Shown here piece by piece: positions 1 to 10,486 of a stretch of DNA of 32,000 nucleotides (position 1 is its first letter; every line of letters starts with the position of its first letter). Source of the DNA: Copranaerobaculum intestinale. GTDB lineage: Bacteria; Bacillota_I; Bacilli_A; Erysipelotrichales; Erysipelotrichaceae. Where the stretch lies: assembly GCF_009831105.1 (NCBI RefSeq), contig NZ_WUUQ01000004.1:59701-91700 (forward strand). The letters are read 5' to 3'. The position numbers were made by a program, and so were the translations under genes. A model generated the notes under the pieces. It did no database searches, was not told where the DNA came from, and saw only the letters and a list, made by a program, of their open reading frames with translations.

Positions 1-533
1 TGGTTAAAGGCTTTGTCTATGAGGGAGCTCTGCATGATGCGGCGATTGCAGACATTGCCGCACCGATTCGTCAGCTGCTGGACAGCGGTGTCAGCCGGAT
101 TTTCTTTGCAGATTGTCACACGGATAGCGCAGTAGAATTTGCTAGTTATCCAAAGCATTGTGTTAAAGGTACTTCAGAAAGTGAGATTATTGAGGAATTG
201 AAGCCGTATGCTGAAAGAATCCTTGAAAAAAACAGCACCAATGGTTTTATCAGTGATGGATGGCAGGATTTTCTAAAAGACTCGCTCTCTGACTATGAAG
301 ATATCATCGTGACCGGCTGCTGTACGGATATATGTGTTATGCAGTTTGCTTTATGTATGCGTACATGGTTAAACGATCAAAACCGCAGCGGACGTGTGAT
401 CATACCGGTGGATATGGTGGATACCTATCATATTGATGATATACATGATGTAAATGCATGCAACCTATTTGCTTTGAATAATATGAAAATGAACGGCATT
501 GAGCTTTGTAAAACCGTAGAAAAGGGGTTATAA
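1..533 (+). CDS. pncA: Isochorismatase-family cysteine hydrolase, probable nicotinamidase (5'-truncated by window edge)
   Basis: Frame 3 is open from the window edge to TAA 531-533; the track ORF 198..533 only begins at an internal TTG. GCCTDICV catalytic-Cys motif. Stops 2 nt before pncB, its usual partner. Confidence 0.75.
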   Translation, partial: VKGFVYEGALHDAAIADIAAPIRQLLDSGVSRIFFADCHTDSAVEFASYPKHCVKGTSESEIIEELKPYAERILEKNSTNGFISDGWQDFLKDSLSDYEDIIVTGCCTDICVMQFALCMRTWLNDQNRSGRVIIPVDMVDTYHIDDIHDVNACNLFALNNMKMNGIELCKTVEKGL

Positions 534-535
534 AG

Positions 536-2017
536 ATGGAAGGGCTTGATTATAAATTTGATTTTCGGGATGAACGAAATTTATCACTGGTAATGGATTT
601 CTATGAATTGACCATGAGCCAATGTTATTTCAACAGTGAAGCAAAGGACCGGGTTGCGGTTTTTGATTTGTTTTACCGCCGTAATCCGGACAACGGAGGT
701 TTCTCGATCTTTGCAGGACTGGAGGAAGTGATCGGCTATATTCAAAATCTTCATTTCACAGATGATGATATTGCTTATCTGGACTCGCTTCATAAATTTT
801 CACAACCCTTTTTAGGTTATTTAAGACATTTCATTTTTGCCGGTGATATCTATGCGATTCCTGAAGGAACTCCGGTTTTTCCATATGAGCCATTAGTTCG
901 GGTAAAGGCAAATATCATTGAAGCACAGCTGATCGAAACTGCTTTGCTTTTGGCAATCAATCATCAGACACTGATCGCAACGAAAGCCAATCGCATTGTA
1001 CGGGCGGCGAAAGGACGGGCTGTAATGGAATTTGGAGCCCGCCGCGCCCATAATTTTGATGCGGCGACATACGGTGCGCGAGCTGCATTTATCGGCGGAG
1101 TGACCGGTACCGCTACGACCTATGCCGGTGAAAAATTTGATATACCCGCCCTGGGAACAATGGCACATTCCTTTGTACAGTCATTCGACAGTGAATATGA
1201 AGCATTTAAATGCTATGCGGAAACCTATCCAAATAGCTGTACGGTGCTGTTAGATACTTACGATACATTAAAGAGCGGTCTGCCAAACGCGGTTCGTGTT
1301 GCTAAGGAGGTGCTGGAGCCTGCCGGTCATCGCTTAGCCGGTGTGCGCATTGACAGCGGTGATATTGCGTATCTGTCTAAAAAAATTCGCAAAGTGCTGG
1401 ATGAAGCCGATATGCAGGACTGCGGAATTGTCGCGAGTAATTCGTTCGATGAATATATTATCAAAAGTCTGATTGAACAAGGTGCTCAGATCAATTCCTT
1501 TGGTGTAGGAGAAAATATGATTTGTTCCCGCTCAACGCCGGTCTTCGGCGGTGTCTATAAAATGAGCGCACTGTTCGACGGTGATCAGGTCATTCCAAAG
1601 ATCAAGGTCAGTGAAAATGTTGAAAAGCTGACAAATCCAGGATTTAAAAACCTATATCGCATCTATGATAAAGAAAGCGGAAAAGCTTTAGCCGATCTGA
1701 TGACATTAGCGGATGAGGTTCTAAATGAGGATGAGGATCTAACTATCTATCATCCGATGAATACCTGGAAGCATAAGACTTTGGAAAAAGGAACCTATGA
1801 AATACGTGATCTGTTGGTTCCGATAATTCTGAATGGTCAGTTGGTTTACGAGGCTCCAAAGCTCAGTGAAATTCGCGATTATGCAAAAGCACAATTGGAT
1901 ACCCTATGGGATGAGATATTCCGCTTTGAATATCCGCAGACGTATTATGTGGATCTCAGTAAAAAACTGTTGGATCTGAAGCTTCGTATGCTGGGAGATG
2001 TACGTACACATGAATAA
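536..2017 (+). CDS. pncB: Nicotinate phosphoribosyltransferase
   Basis: 493 aa, NAPRTase-like over its full length (GTMAHSFV, VRIDSGD motifs). SD AAAGGGG upstream of the ATG. Confidence 0.9.
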   Translation: MEGLDYKFDFRDERNLSLVMDFYELTMSQCYFNSEAKDRVAVFDLFYRRNPDNGGFSIFAGLEEVIGYIQNLHFTDDDIAYLDSLHKFSQPFLGYLRHFIFAGDIYAIPEGTPVFPYEPLVRVKANIIEAQLIETALLLAINHQTLIATKANRIVRAAKGRAVMEFGARRAHNFDAATYGARAAFIGGVTGTATTYAGEKFDIPALGTMAHSFVQSFDSEYEAFKCYAETYPNSCTVLLDTYDTLKSGLPNAVRVAKEVLEPAGHRLAGVRIDSGDIAYLSKKIRKVLDEADMQDCGIVASNSFDEYIIKSLIEQGAQINSFGVGENMICSRSTPVFGGVYKMSALFDGDQVIPKIKVSENVEKLTNPGFKNLYRIYDKESGKALADLMTLADEVLNEDEDLTIYHPMNTWKHKTLEKGTYEIRDLLVPIILNGQLVYEAPKLSEIRDYAKAQLDTLWDEIFRFEYPQTYYVDLSKKLLDLKLRMLGDVRTHE

Positions 2018-2693
2018 ACGAAAAATAAATGTAAAATTGCTATATCTGATCGTTCTCGTAATTTATATATTGACCCTGCTGTACAGCTTTGCTACCGGCT
2101 TTTTCGAACAGAATTGGAATCGCGTCGGGATGACCGTCGTGTCAGTGCTTTGTTTGCTTATTATTCCTGTGGTTTTCAAGATATTTCGCTGGAAACCGGT
2201 TTATGAGATTTATGTATTAGGAACCTGCTTCATGTATTTTGCCTCTTTGATCGGCAGTTGTCTGGGTGGCTATTCGGTTCGTTATTTTGACAAGGTTGTG
2301 CACCTGTGTTCGGGAATCTTCGCGACCCTGCTTGCGATCATGCTGTTTTCTATTCTTAAGAAAGTCCGGCAGGCTCAAAATAAAGAGGATTATCACCTGC
2401 TTTTGGTCTTTGTCAATGCAGTGAATCTGGCGATTGCGGTTATCTGGGAGTTTTATGAATATGCGATGCTGATCTTTTTCAATAACGATGCAATCAACCA
2501 TTATACGCAGGGGGTGCATGATACCATTACAGATATGATGTCTGCCTGCGTCGGCGGATTATTTGTGACGATGATTCTGATTCATCGATATCGTACCCAA
2601 AAATCCAATTTTTTGATCAATGTGCCAGAGCGTTTCTATGAAAAAAATATTGCCCATCATCGCCAGCGGAAAATGGAAGAAGGAAACAAATGA
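2010..2693 (+). CDS. Multi-pass membrane protein, YjdF/DUF2238-like
   Basis: About 6 hydrophobic segments. KVVHLCSG, WEFYEYA and QGVHDTITDM resemble my recollection of YjdF conserved blocks. Start set at the second ATG (MNKRK), overlapping the pncB stop; 1998 is also possible. Confidence 0.55.
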   Translation: MNKRKINVKLLYLIVLVIYILTLLYSFATGFFEQNWNRVGMTVVSVLCLLIIPVVFKIFRWKPVYEIYVLGTCFMYFASLIGSCLGGYSVRYFDKVVHLCSGIFATLLAIMLFSILKKVRQAQNKEDYHLLLVFVNAVNLAIAVIWEFYEYAMLIFFNNDAINHYTQGVHDTITDMMSACVGGLFVTMILIHRYRTQKSNFLINVPERFYEKNIAHHRQRKMEEGNK

Positions 2694-3172
2694 GTCATCA
2701 GCGAAAGCGATGGCTTTTTTTATGATAAGCTTTGTAAAATATTTTAGATGGAAACAACCGGATGCGTGTGATAAAATAATCCCATAATCAGCCAGAAAAG
2801 ATTACCTATTTGTATATCAAGTATTTAGGATTGACAGCAGAATCAAAATCGTGATCATGCAAATGTTTTTATAGTGTTAACGGGATAGAAGTACGAATCT
2901 GAATGATATTTACATTCCAAGGATAGAGCGTTCATAATGCTTTTGTAAGGCAGATAAGCTAAAGGAAAAGTCCTATTTCTGGTGAATCATCAATTATTCG
3001 TTGATTAGAGAGTGCTATTGGAATTAATTCAACAGCTGTGTATGATGCATATACAAGCTGGATAAGCTTTTCCAGTTTTAACCTTATCTATGGTGGATTA
3101 TCATCCTGAGATAGAACAACTGAGATCATTGTAAACGGTGTGCTGAAGGTAAAGGAGAAAGGAGGGGATTAA

Positions 3173-4543
3173 ATGGAAGCAATCATCCAAGATATGACAA
3201 AGGGATCACCGGCACGGCTGATTGTGCGCTTTGCGATACCGCTGATGCTGGGATCGGCCTGTCAACAGTTTTATACCATGGTAGATACGATGGTCGTGGG
3301 GCGAGGAGTTGGTGTGGAAGCATTGGCAGCAATTGGTGCTTCTGATTGGCTGAATTGGATGATCTTAGGTATCGTTCTAGGCTTTACACAAGGGTTTTCC
3401 ATTTTAATTTCTCACTGTTTTGGGGCGAACGATCAAAAACGATTACGCAAAGCGATTGCTATGTCATATATGTTGGCAGTATTCATGGCAGTTATTTTGA
3501 CCGGCTTGGCGCTTGTTTCCGCTCGGCCTATTCTGGTGTTGCTGAGAACTCCGGCAAATATCTTGGATTTATCCCTGCAATATTTATATATCGTATTTGC
3601 AGGTATTCTGGTCATTACCGCCTACAATACGTTTTCTTCGATTCTTCGGGCAATGGGCGACAGTAAAACACCGCTGTATGCGATGATCGTCGCGGCGGTT
3701 ATCAATATTGTTCTGGATATACTGTTTGTTATCGTATTTCATATGGGTGTGCCCGGTGCAGCGGTCGCTACTGTCATTGCGCAGGCATTTTCCAGCATAT
3801 TTTGTTTCTTTGCGATTCGTCGGCTGTCCATGATCCACCTGCATCGTGAGGATTTTCATTTGGATAAACAGGTGATTATCCGGTTGGTTTCCATGGGCTC
3901 CTTGACCGCCTTTCAAAACGTTGTGATTTCCGTAGGCGGCATGGTTGTGCAAAGTGTAGTAAATGGTTTTGGTTTTCTGTATGTTGCTGGTTTTACCGCA
4001 ACCAACAAACTGTACGGTCTTCTGGAGCTTGCAGCAACTTCACTTGGTTATGGCGTGGCAACCTATGTGGGACAGAATCTTGGCGCGCGTAAATTTAAAC
4101 GAATTAAGCAGGGGGTAAAAACTACCGGATGGATTGGAATTGCCATAGCTATTTTTCTGATGGCATTTTTGATACCCTTTGGACGGTATTTTCTGAATCT
4201 GTTTGTATCTGGCAATCCCCAGGATACTGCCAGGGTCTTGAATATTGCATATTCCTATCTATTTGTAATGTGCTGTTTGCTCTGGGTGTTATATATTCTG
4301 CATGTATACCGTTCTGCACTGCAGGGTATGGGAAATACCTTTTTTTCAATGCTGTCAGGAGTTGCAGAACTGGTTTTGCGAATAGGCGCAGCCCTGATAT
4401 TACCGCGGTATCTCGGCGCTAACGGCGTATACTTTGCAGAAGGCTCTGCTTGGATCGGAGCTGTGCTGATTCTGCTGTTTGCATATGCTCACAAAATCAA
4501 ATCCTTTCCTGATGAAACAGCGGTTTCAAGCTTGGAATCTTAA
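3173..4543 (+). CDS. MATE family efflux transporter
   Basis: 456 aa, about 12 TM segments, N-terminal ARLIVRFAIPLMLGSACQQFYTMVDTMVVGR typical of MATE/NorM-like pumps. SD AGGAGGGG 5 nt upstream. Confidence 0.9.
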   Translation: MEAIIQDMTKGSPARLIVRFAIPLMLGSACQQFYTMVDTMVVGRGVGVEALAAIGASDWLNWMILGIVLGFTQGFSILISHCFGANDQKRLRKAIAMSYMLAVFMAVILTGLALVSARPILVLLRTPANILDLSLQYLYIVFAGILVITAYNTFSSILRAMGDSKTPLYAMIVAAVINIVLDILFVIVFHMGVPGAAVATVIAQAFSSIFCFFAIRRLSMIHLHREDFHLDKQVIIRLVSMGSLTAFQNVVISVGGMVVQSVVNGFGFLYVAGFTATNKLYGLLELAATSLGYGVATYVGQNLGARKFKRIKQGVKTTGWIGIAIAIFLMAFLIPFGRYFLNLFVSGNPQDTARVLNIAYSYLFVMCCLLWVLYILHVYRSALQGMGNTFFSMLSGVAELVLRIGAALILPRYLGANGVYFAEGSAWIGAVLILLFAYAHKIKSFPDETAVSSLES

Positions 4544-4553
4544 TTAAGCAAAG

Positions 4554-4588
4554 AAAAGATCTGCACGTTTGAAATGCAGATCTTTTTT
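4554..4588. terminator. Bidirectional intrinsic terminator shared by the MATE gene and typA
   Basis: Perfect 12-bp stem AAAAGATCTGCA / TGCAGATCTTTT with a 9-nt loop, A-tract on one side and T-tract on the other, between convergent genes. Confidence 0.8.
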
Positions 4589-6424
4589 CTATACGATATC
4601 CTGAGCTACTTTTTCACGATAGAACTGACGTCGTTCATGTGGTTTCAAGCCTTTTTTACGCAGTCTGATCGTATCTGGTGTAATTTCGACCAATTCATCG
4701 TCATTTATGAATTCCAGCGCTTCTTCCAGCGTCAGCGTTTTCGGTGTAGTCAAACGCATCGCTTCATCATTTCCACTGGAACGAATTGCGGTTAGCTTTT
4801 TATTCTTCAGCGGGTTGACATCCATATCCACGTTACGAGCGCTTACTCCTATGATCATTCCTTCATATACTTCTGTTTGCGGACTGATAAACAACTGTCC
4901 GCGTTCCTGAATATTCCAGAGTGCATAAGTCATAGCCTTTCCGGTTTCAGTAGAGATCAAGGCTCCGTTTACCCGCTGCGGAATTTCCCCCTTGTAAGGT
5001 TCATAGCCTTGAATCCGTCGTACCAGGGTTCCTTCACCGTGGGTATCGTTGATAAATTCACTGCGGAAACCCAGCAGTCCGCGAGTCGGAGCATGATATG
5101 TGATACGACTGTAATCATTTTCTTCAACTAAATCCATCATAACGCCCTTTCTAAGATTCAGTTTGGAAATTACTGTACCGGCATAGATACTCGGTGTAAT
5201 CGCAATTACTTCTTCGATCGGCTCAACCGTATGGCCCTGGCTGTCCTTGTGCAGGATAACCTCCGGCTTAGACACGGCAACCTCATAACCCTCACGGCGC
5301 ATATTTTCCAACAGGATGGAAATATGCAATTCACCACGTCCGCTGACTTTGAAACAGTCACCGCTGTCGGTCGGTTCAACCCGTAAGCCAACATTCACTT
5401 CCAGTTCTTTTTCCAAGCGTTCCTTCAAATTGCGGGACGTAACATATTTACCGGATTTACCGGCAAATGGAGATTTATTGACAATGAAGTTCATCGATAA
5501 GGTCGGTTCCTCGATTTTGATGCTTGGCATCGGCATAGGATGTTCTTTGTCACAGAGTGTTTCACCGATTGAGATATCGGCAATTCCGGCAAATACAACA
5601 ATGTCACCGCTATGTGCTTCCTTAACATTTACCCGTTTTAATCCCTGATAAACAAATAGCTGGTTGACCTGTTTAGATCGCTGATTTCCATCAGCGTCAC
5701 AGATTAGGATCGGTTCGCCTTCGCGCAGAACTCCCTGAAAGATTCTGCCGATGCCTAAACGGCCGATGTAGTCATCATAAGCCAATGCGCTGACCTGCAT
5801 CTGTAACGGTTCCTCATCCATATTTGGATATGGTTCAGTATGTTTCAGAATGGTCTCAAACAACGGATCGATATTATCGCTTTGTGTATCCATATCGTAC
5901 TGAACAATTCCCCGCTTCGCGATACCGTAGAGAATTGGGAAGTCAAGCTGTTCATCTGTAGCATTCAGGTCTAAAAACAGATCATAAACTTCATCCACTA
6001 CTTCCTGAGCACGCTGATCTTTCTTATCGATTTTATTGATCACCAAAATCGGACGAAGTCCCATTTCTAAAGATTTTGATAATACGAATCGCGTCTGCGG
6101 CATCGGTCCTTCACTGGAATCAACCAGCAGGATAACCGTATCGACGGTTTTGATAATACGTTCTACTTCACTTGAGAAATCGGCATGTCCCGGAGTGTCG
6201 ACGATATTGATTTTTACACCGTTATGAATAACGCTGCAGTTTTTGGAATAGATCGTAATACCGCGCTCACGTTCCAGATCATTGCTGTCCATCACGCAGT
6301 CTACAACTTCTTCGTTGCTGCGGAAGACATCGCTCTGTCGTAAAAATGCGTCAACTAGGGTAGATTTTCCCGCATCGACGTGCGCGATTACGGCGATATT
6401 AATAATTTCTTGTCTTTCTGTCAT
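4589..6424 (-). CDS. typA: Translational GTPase TypA/BipA
   Basis: 611 aa. GTPase motifs [24 protein letters not shown]-like domain order. Confidence 0.95.
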   Translation of the reverse strand: MTERQEIINIAVIAHVDAGKSTLVDAFLRQSDVFRSNEEVVDCVMDSNDLERERGITIYSKNCSVIHNGVKINIVDTPGHADFSSEVERIIKTVDTVILLVDSSEGPMPQTRFVLSKSLEMGLRPILVINKIDKKDQRAQEVVDEVYDLFLDLNATDEQLDFPILYGIAKRGIVQYDMDTQSDNIDPLFETILKHTEPYPNMDEEPLQMQVSALAYDDYIGRLGIGRIFQGVLREGEPILICDADGNQRSKQVNQLFVYQGLKRVNVKEAHSGDIVVFAGIADISIGETLCDKEHPMPMPSIKIEEPTLSMNFIVNKSPFAGKSGKYVTSRNLKERLEKELEVNVGLRVEPTDSGDCFKVSGRGELHISILLENMRREGYEVAVSKPEVILHKDSQGHTVEPIEEVIAITPSIYAGTVISKLNLRKGVMMDLVEENDYSRITYHAPTRGLLGFRSEFINDTHGEGTLVRRIQGYEPYKGEIPQRVNGALISTETGKAMTYALWNIQERGQLFISPQTEVYEGMIIGVSARNVDMDVNPLKNKKLTAIRSSGNDEAMRLTTPKTLTLEEALEFINDDELVEITPDTIRLRKKGLKPHERRQFYREKVAQDIV

Positions 6425-6551
6425 GTAGATACCACCTTTAAAAGTACTGTACTATCATATAACGAATCAGGAATAAATACAATTTTTTTATTATCATACG
6501 GGCATTATTTTATCCTGAATACCCATATACTATAAGGAAAAAGGTGAAAAG

Positions 6552-7871
6552 ATGAAACAAAAGCGGATAATCATACTCTTATGCATGACTTTTTTTATGT
6601 CAGGATGTTCTAAACAAGCGCTTAAGGAAAATCCCAATCCTCATCAGGAAATCGGTTCGGAAGTGGCTGAGCTTCATATCGGCACGAAAGCAGTAACAAG
6701 TGTCAGCTATCCCAAAACCGGATATGAAAAGCTGGATACCAAAATCGCTCAAAAAATCCGGAAACTAAAAAGCGATTTTAAGAAAGATACCGAGAACTAT
6801 CGGGGGGAGAGCGCCCCGGAACTGAATATTAACTTTGAAAGTTACATGAAGGATAAGCGGTATTTATCAGTAAGACTGCTTATTTATGAACATATATATA
6901 ATAATAAGGAAATCAGTCAGACGCTGCACTATGATATTGAAAAAGATGATTTCTTTGACTTGGACGATTTATTTGAGGATGATTTTCTGCCTTATGTATC
7001 CAAACAAGCCAGACAATATTTTCAGTCACAATATCCTGAAGAATGTAAACGGGCTGATTTTCGGATCGGCATTTCTCCGGTTACCCAAAACTATCAAGAA
7101 TTTGTATTGCAGAAGGATAAGCTCGTATTCTATTTTAATCCTGGCACGCTGTTTGATCAGGGCGTCTCCTTTTCTATGAGTTTTGATAAATTAGCTCCTT
7201 ATACCGATCTTGAGAAGGAAGAAAAAACGGTATTTGTACCATATGATGATGTCCTGAATGAACCGGTGCGCGTCATTGATCCCAAGCAGCCAATGGTAGC
7301 GCTGACCTTTGATGATGGACCTACCAGAAAATATACGGAAGCGATTCTGGATGCTTTGAAGGAACATAACAGTGCAGCAACCTTCTTTGTGTTGGGAAAT
7401 CGTGCCAGCAATGCCCCTGATCTGCTTCAGCGCATGATCATGGAAGGCAGTGAGATCGGAAATCACACCTATTCTCACAAACAGCTTACGACCCTTTCCA
7501 AAGAGCGAATTGAAGAAGAAATTATGCATACGCAGGAAACGATTCACAAGATTACGAATCAATATCCAAGTGTGATCCGGCCTCCATATGGCTCTCGTAA
7601 TGACAATGTATTGTCATGCGCCCGGAATAAGCGTATCGTTACATGGACTCTCGATACTGAAGACTGGAAAAGCCGTAATACCAAAACCATCGTAAACCGA
7701 GTCATGAATACCGTAAAGGACAAGGATATTATTTTGATGCACGACTTATATGCGACCAGTGCGGAAGCTGCGATTATATTGATCGATGAATTACATGAAC
7801 AGGGATATCAGCTTGTGACCGTATCTCAGCTTTATGAATACAGCGACTCTCATCAATACCAGGGGAAATAA
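6552..7871 (+). CDS. Lipoprotein polysaccharide/peptidoglycan deacetylase (NodB domain) with an N-terminal PdaC/RsiV-like domain
   Basis: Signal peptide with lipobox FMSGC. C-terminal NodB motifs TFDDGP and HTYSH. SD AAGGAAAAAGGTGA. Confidence 0.85.
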   Translation: MKQKRIIILLCMTFFMSGCSKQALKENPNPHQEIGSEVAELHIGTKAVTSVSYPKTGYEKLDTKIAQKIRKLKSDFKKDTENYRGESAPELNINFESYMKDKRYLSVRLLIYEHIYNNKEISQTLHYDIEKDDFFDLDDLFEDDFLPYVSKQARQYFQSQYPEECKRADFRIGISPVTQNYQEFVLQKDKLVFYFNPGTLFDQGVSFSMSFDKLAPYTDLEKEEKTVFVPYDDVLNEPVRVIDPKQPMVALTFDDGPTRKYTEAILDALKEHNSAATFFVLGNRASNAPDLLQRMIMEGSEIGNHTYSHKQLTTLSKERIEEEIMHTQETIHKITNQYPSVIRPPYGSRNDNVLSCARNKRIVTWTLDTEDWKSRNTKTIVNRVMNTVKDKDIILMHDLYATSAEAAIILIDELHEQGYQLVTVSQLYEYSDSHQYQGK

Positions 7872-7896
7872 AGCAAACGCGCGATTTTGCTTTTTC
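7871..7896 (+). terminator. Intrinsic terminator after the deacetylase gene
   Basis: Stem AGCAAA / TTTGCT, 8-nt loop, followed by TTTT. Confidence 0.5.
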
Positions 7897-7943
7897 CCTT
7901 TCTTTTTTAATGTTACAATTATACTAAAGAAGAGGTGATGGGA

Positions 7944-9158
7944 ATGAATTTTATTTTTATTTCTCCTTATTTCCCGTATATCTATTATCAGTTCTGTGAA
8001 CGGCTTCTGAAAAACGGTGTCAATGTGTTGGGAATTGGCGATGCCCCCTATCATCAGCTGCCGCAGGAATGCCGAACGGCGATGCGCGAATATTACAAGG
8101 TTGATACTCTGGAGGACTATGACCAGGTAATGCGTGCGGTTGCCTTCTTTACCTTCCGTTACGGCAAGATCGATTGGCTGGAATCCAATAATGAATATTG
8201 GCTGGAAAATGATGCACAGCTGCGTACGGATTTTCATATCGAGACGGGAATTATGATTGATGGTATAAATGCTTACAAGCATAAATCCTGTATGAAGAAA
8301 TATTATGAAAAAGCCGATATACCATGTGCCCGTTGGCATATGGTGAGCAGCTTGCAGGAGGATCTGGCGTTTATTCATAAGGTCGGCTATCCAGTCGTGG
8401 TAAAGCCCGACTGCGGCGTAGGCGCATATGCAACATTTAAAATCAATACGCGCTCAGAATTGGATGAATTTTATGAAAATTTGCCGGATGTCCCTTACAT
8501 TATGGAGGAGTATATTCACGGTATGATCGTATCTTATGATGGTATTGTTGATCAGGATGGTCATGTTGTATTTGACACCAGTCATATCTTTCCGGATCCG
8601 ATTATGAATGTGGTCAATGAAGGGAATCATCTTAGTTACTATACCGATCGAGTTCCGGCAGCGGATGTCGTGGCAATCGGTCGGCGGACACTGAATGCGT
8701 TTCAAGTCAAAGGACGCTTTTTCCATCTTGAATTTTTCCGTTTGTTGAACGATAAGGAAGGAATGGGGAAAAAAGGTGATCTGGTTGCATTAGAGGTAAA
8801 TATGCGTCCGCCGGGAGGCTATACACCGGAGATGATGAATTATGCGAGCGGAGTGGACGTTTATCAGATCTATGCCGACATGGTAAGTAAAAATCATACA
8901 GATATTGTAAGCAAACGGCCTTATTACTGTGCCTATGCGTCACGCCGTGATGGCAAGCAGTATCAAAAAACGCATGAGGAAATTATGAGCGTGTATGGGG
9001 AAGCAATGGTTATGCAGGAGCGAATGCCGGACATATTGAGTCAGGCAATGGGAAATGACAGCTATGCAGCGCTGTTTGAAACCGAGCAAGAAGTACATCA
9101 ATTTATAGCATTTGTTCAGCGATTACAGCGGGCAGGGGGAGAAGCAGATGAAAATTGA
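7944..9158 (+). CDS. ATP-grasp domain protein (carboxylate-amine ligase type), substrate unknown
   Basis: GYPVVVKPDCGVGA, EEYIHG and LEVNMRPPGG match ATP-grasp nucleotide/Mg sites. The track ORF starts at GTG 7935; ATG 7944 has the best spacing to SD AAGAGG. Confidence 0.75.
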   Translation: MNFIFISPYFPYIYYQFCERLLKNGVNVLGIGDAPYHQLPQECRTAMREYYKVDTLEDYDQVMRAVAFFTFRYGKIDWLESNNEYWLENDAQLRTDFHIETGIMIDGINAYKHKSCMKKYYEKADIPCARWHMVSSLQEDLAFIHKVGYPVVVKPDCGVGAYATFKINTRSELDEFYENLPDVPYIMEEYIHGMIVSYDGIVDQDGHVVFDTSHIFPDPIMNVVNEGNHLSYYTDRVPAADVVAIGRRTLNAFQVKGRFFHLEFFRLLNDKEGMGKKGDLVALEVNMRPPGGYTPEMMNYASGVDVYQIYADMVSKNHTDIVSKRPYYCAYASRRDGKQYQKTHEEIMSVYGEAMVMQERMPDILSQAMGNDSYAALFETEQEVHQFIAFVQRLQRAGGEADEN

Positions 9159-9903
9159 ATATTTGAAGCAATTCAGCAAACAGCTGCAGCGCGATATGGA
9201 GTGGAAGATATTCGGACATCGAGGAAAACCGTGTCTGGTGTTTCCCGCACAGGACGGCAGATTTTATGACTATGAAAACTTCGGTATGATCGAGGCTGCG
9301 AAGCAATGGATCGACCGCGGAGAAATTCAATTTTTCTGTATTGACAGCATTGATCTGGAAACATGGTCTAATAAAAACGGTGATCCGCGTCAGCGAATTT
9401 TGCTTCATGAGGCTTGGTATCGCTACATAACAGAGGAAGTCGTTCCACAGATTATGGCGATAAGCACCCGAGGGAATGACGATTTGAAACCAACCGGAAT
9501 TTTAACAACCGGATGCAGTATGGGTGGTGCACATGCGATGAATTTCTTTTTGCGCCGCCCGGATCTGTTTGATATGGTATTGTCTTTGAGCGGCATCTAC
9601 CGTGCAGATTTCTTCTTTGAGAACTATATGGACGATCTGGTATATATCAATTCGCCAATTGATTATATGCAAAATCTGCCGTTGGATCATCCCTACATTG
9701 AAATGTTTCAGAAGAGAAAAATTATCATGTGCTGCGGCCAGGGTGAATGGGAAGATGATATGATCGTGAGCACTCGACAGCTGGAAGCTGTATTCAAAGT
9801 AAAACAGATACCGGTATGGACGGATTTTTGGGGAATAGATGCCGCCCATGATTGGGTTTGGTGGAAGAAACAGCTTCCTTATTTCCTGACAAAGCTGCTT
9901 TAA
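9148..9903 (+). CDS. Esterase-family alpha/beta hydrolase (PF00756-like 'putative esterase')
   Basis: Nucleophile elbow GCSMGG (G-x-S-x-G) and C-terminal HDW. ATG 9148 follows SD GGGGGAG and overlaps the ATP-grasp stop by 11 nt (translational coupling). Confidence 0.75.
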   Translation: MKIEYLKQFSKQLQRDMEWKIFGHRGKPCLVFPAQDGRFYDYENFGMIEAAKQWIDRGEIQFFCIDSIDLETWSNKNGDPRQRILLHEAWYRYITEEVVPQIMAISTRGNDDLKPTGILTTGCSMGGAHAMNFFLRRPDLFDMVLSLSGIYRADFFFENYMDDLVYINSPIDYMQNLPLDHPYIEMFQKRKIIMCCGQGEWEDDMIVSTRQLEAVFKVKQIPVWTDFWGIDAAHDWVWWKKQLPYFLTKLL

Positions 9904-9914
9904 CTAATTTTACT

Positions 9915-10475
9915 GTGAACATACTCACTCAGGATTATGATAAGCTTCCGCAGCTTACTAAATTAGATATCGTTTCGCTTTTACAGTTGGTGTGGCCTGA
10001 TTCAAAGACAGAACTACCGGTACATTGGCATGATCTGCATGTTTATTCTTTCTGTTTATATGAAGGAACTGAGCTGCTCGGATATGCTGGAGTGGTTCGC
10101 AAAACCATCCATAGTGATGATGAAATGTTTTATGTTGTATCCTTAACGTGTATGGCGGTACATCCGAATGATCGGAAACAGGGTTATGGTAAGCAGCTGA
10201 TGGAAGCGATTATGAAATGGCTCAGGGATCATCATACGGAATTTGATTTTGGTATCTTTACCTGCGATCCTTCTTGTGTTGCTTTTTATGAACAGTTTGG
10301 ATGGAAGGCACGCAGTGATATGCTCGTGAAGGGAAATACCAAGAATCATGCCTATACGAGTGAACATCTGCATGTGATAGTCATGTATCAGCCGTTTCGG
10401 CGAAAGAACTTATTTCAAAACTGCGATATCAAAACTGTTCTCTATCTGGGATTACCAGATCAGCAGTTTCTCTAA
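9915..10475 (+). CDS. GNAT family N-acetyltransferase
   Basis: Acetyl-CoA motif A RKQGYGKQLM and C-terminal FYEQFGW. No ATG near the N-terminus. GTV start uncertain: GTG 9915 is proposed, TTG 9852 is in the track, and no good SD precedes either. Confidence 0.65.
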   Translation: MNILTQDYDKLPQLTKLDIVSLLQLVWPDSKTELPVHWHDLHVYSFCLYEGTELLGYAGVVRKTIHSDDEMFYVVSLTCMAVHPNDRKQGYGKQLMEAIMKWLRDHHTEFDFGIFTCDPSCVAFYEQFGWKARSDMLVKGNTKNHAYTSEHLHVIVMYQPFRRKNLFQNCDIKTVLYLGLPDQQFL

Positions 10476-10486
10476 GGGCGTCATAA

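Noticed and set aside
2694-3172. 479-bp non-coding leader upstream of the MATE gene; checked for a riboswitch or attenuator.
   Set aside because: - I could not recognise any known riboswitch core (ykkC/guanidine, T-box, others).
- Only short unremarkable hairpins are present (for example 3087-3115) with no U-tract.
- A cmsearch against Rfam would settle it.
4574-6227. Several 60-110-aa ORFs antisense to or overlapping typA (4574..4795, 4707..4910, 4877..5131, 5206..5394, 5316..5648, 6036..6227).
   Set aside because: All lie wholly inside a strongly conserved GTPase gene. They have no SD sequences and no recognisable motifs, so they are shadow ORFs.
7791-8378. 195-aa minus-strand ORF overlapping the deacetylase 3' end and the ATP-grasp 5' half.
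   Set aside because: It is antisense to two well-supported genes and crosses their terminator and promoter region. It has no SD and no motifs.
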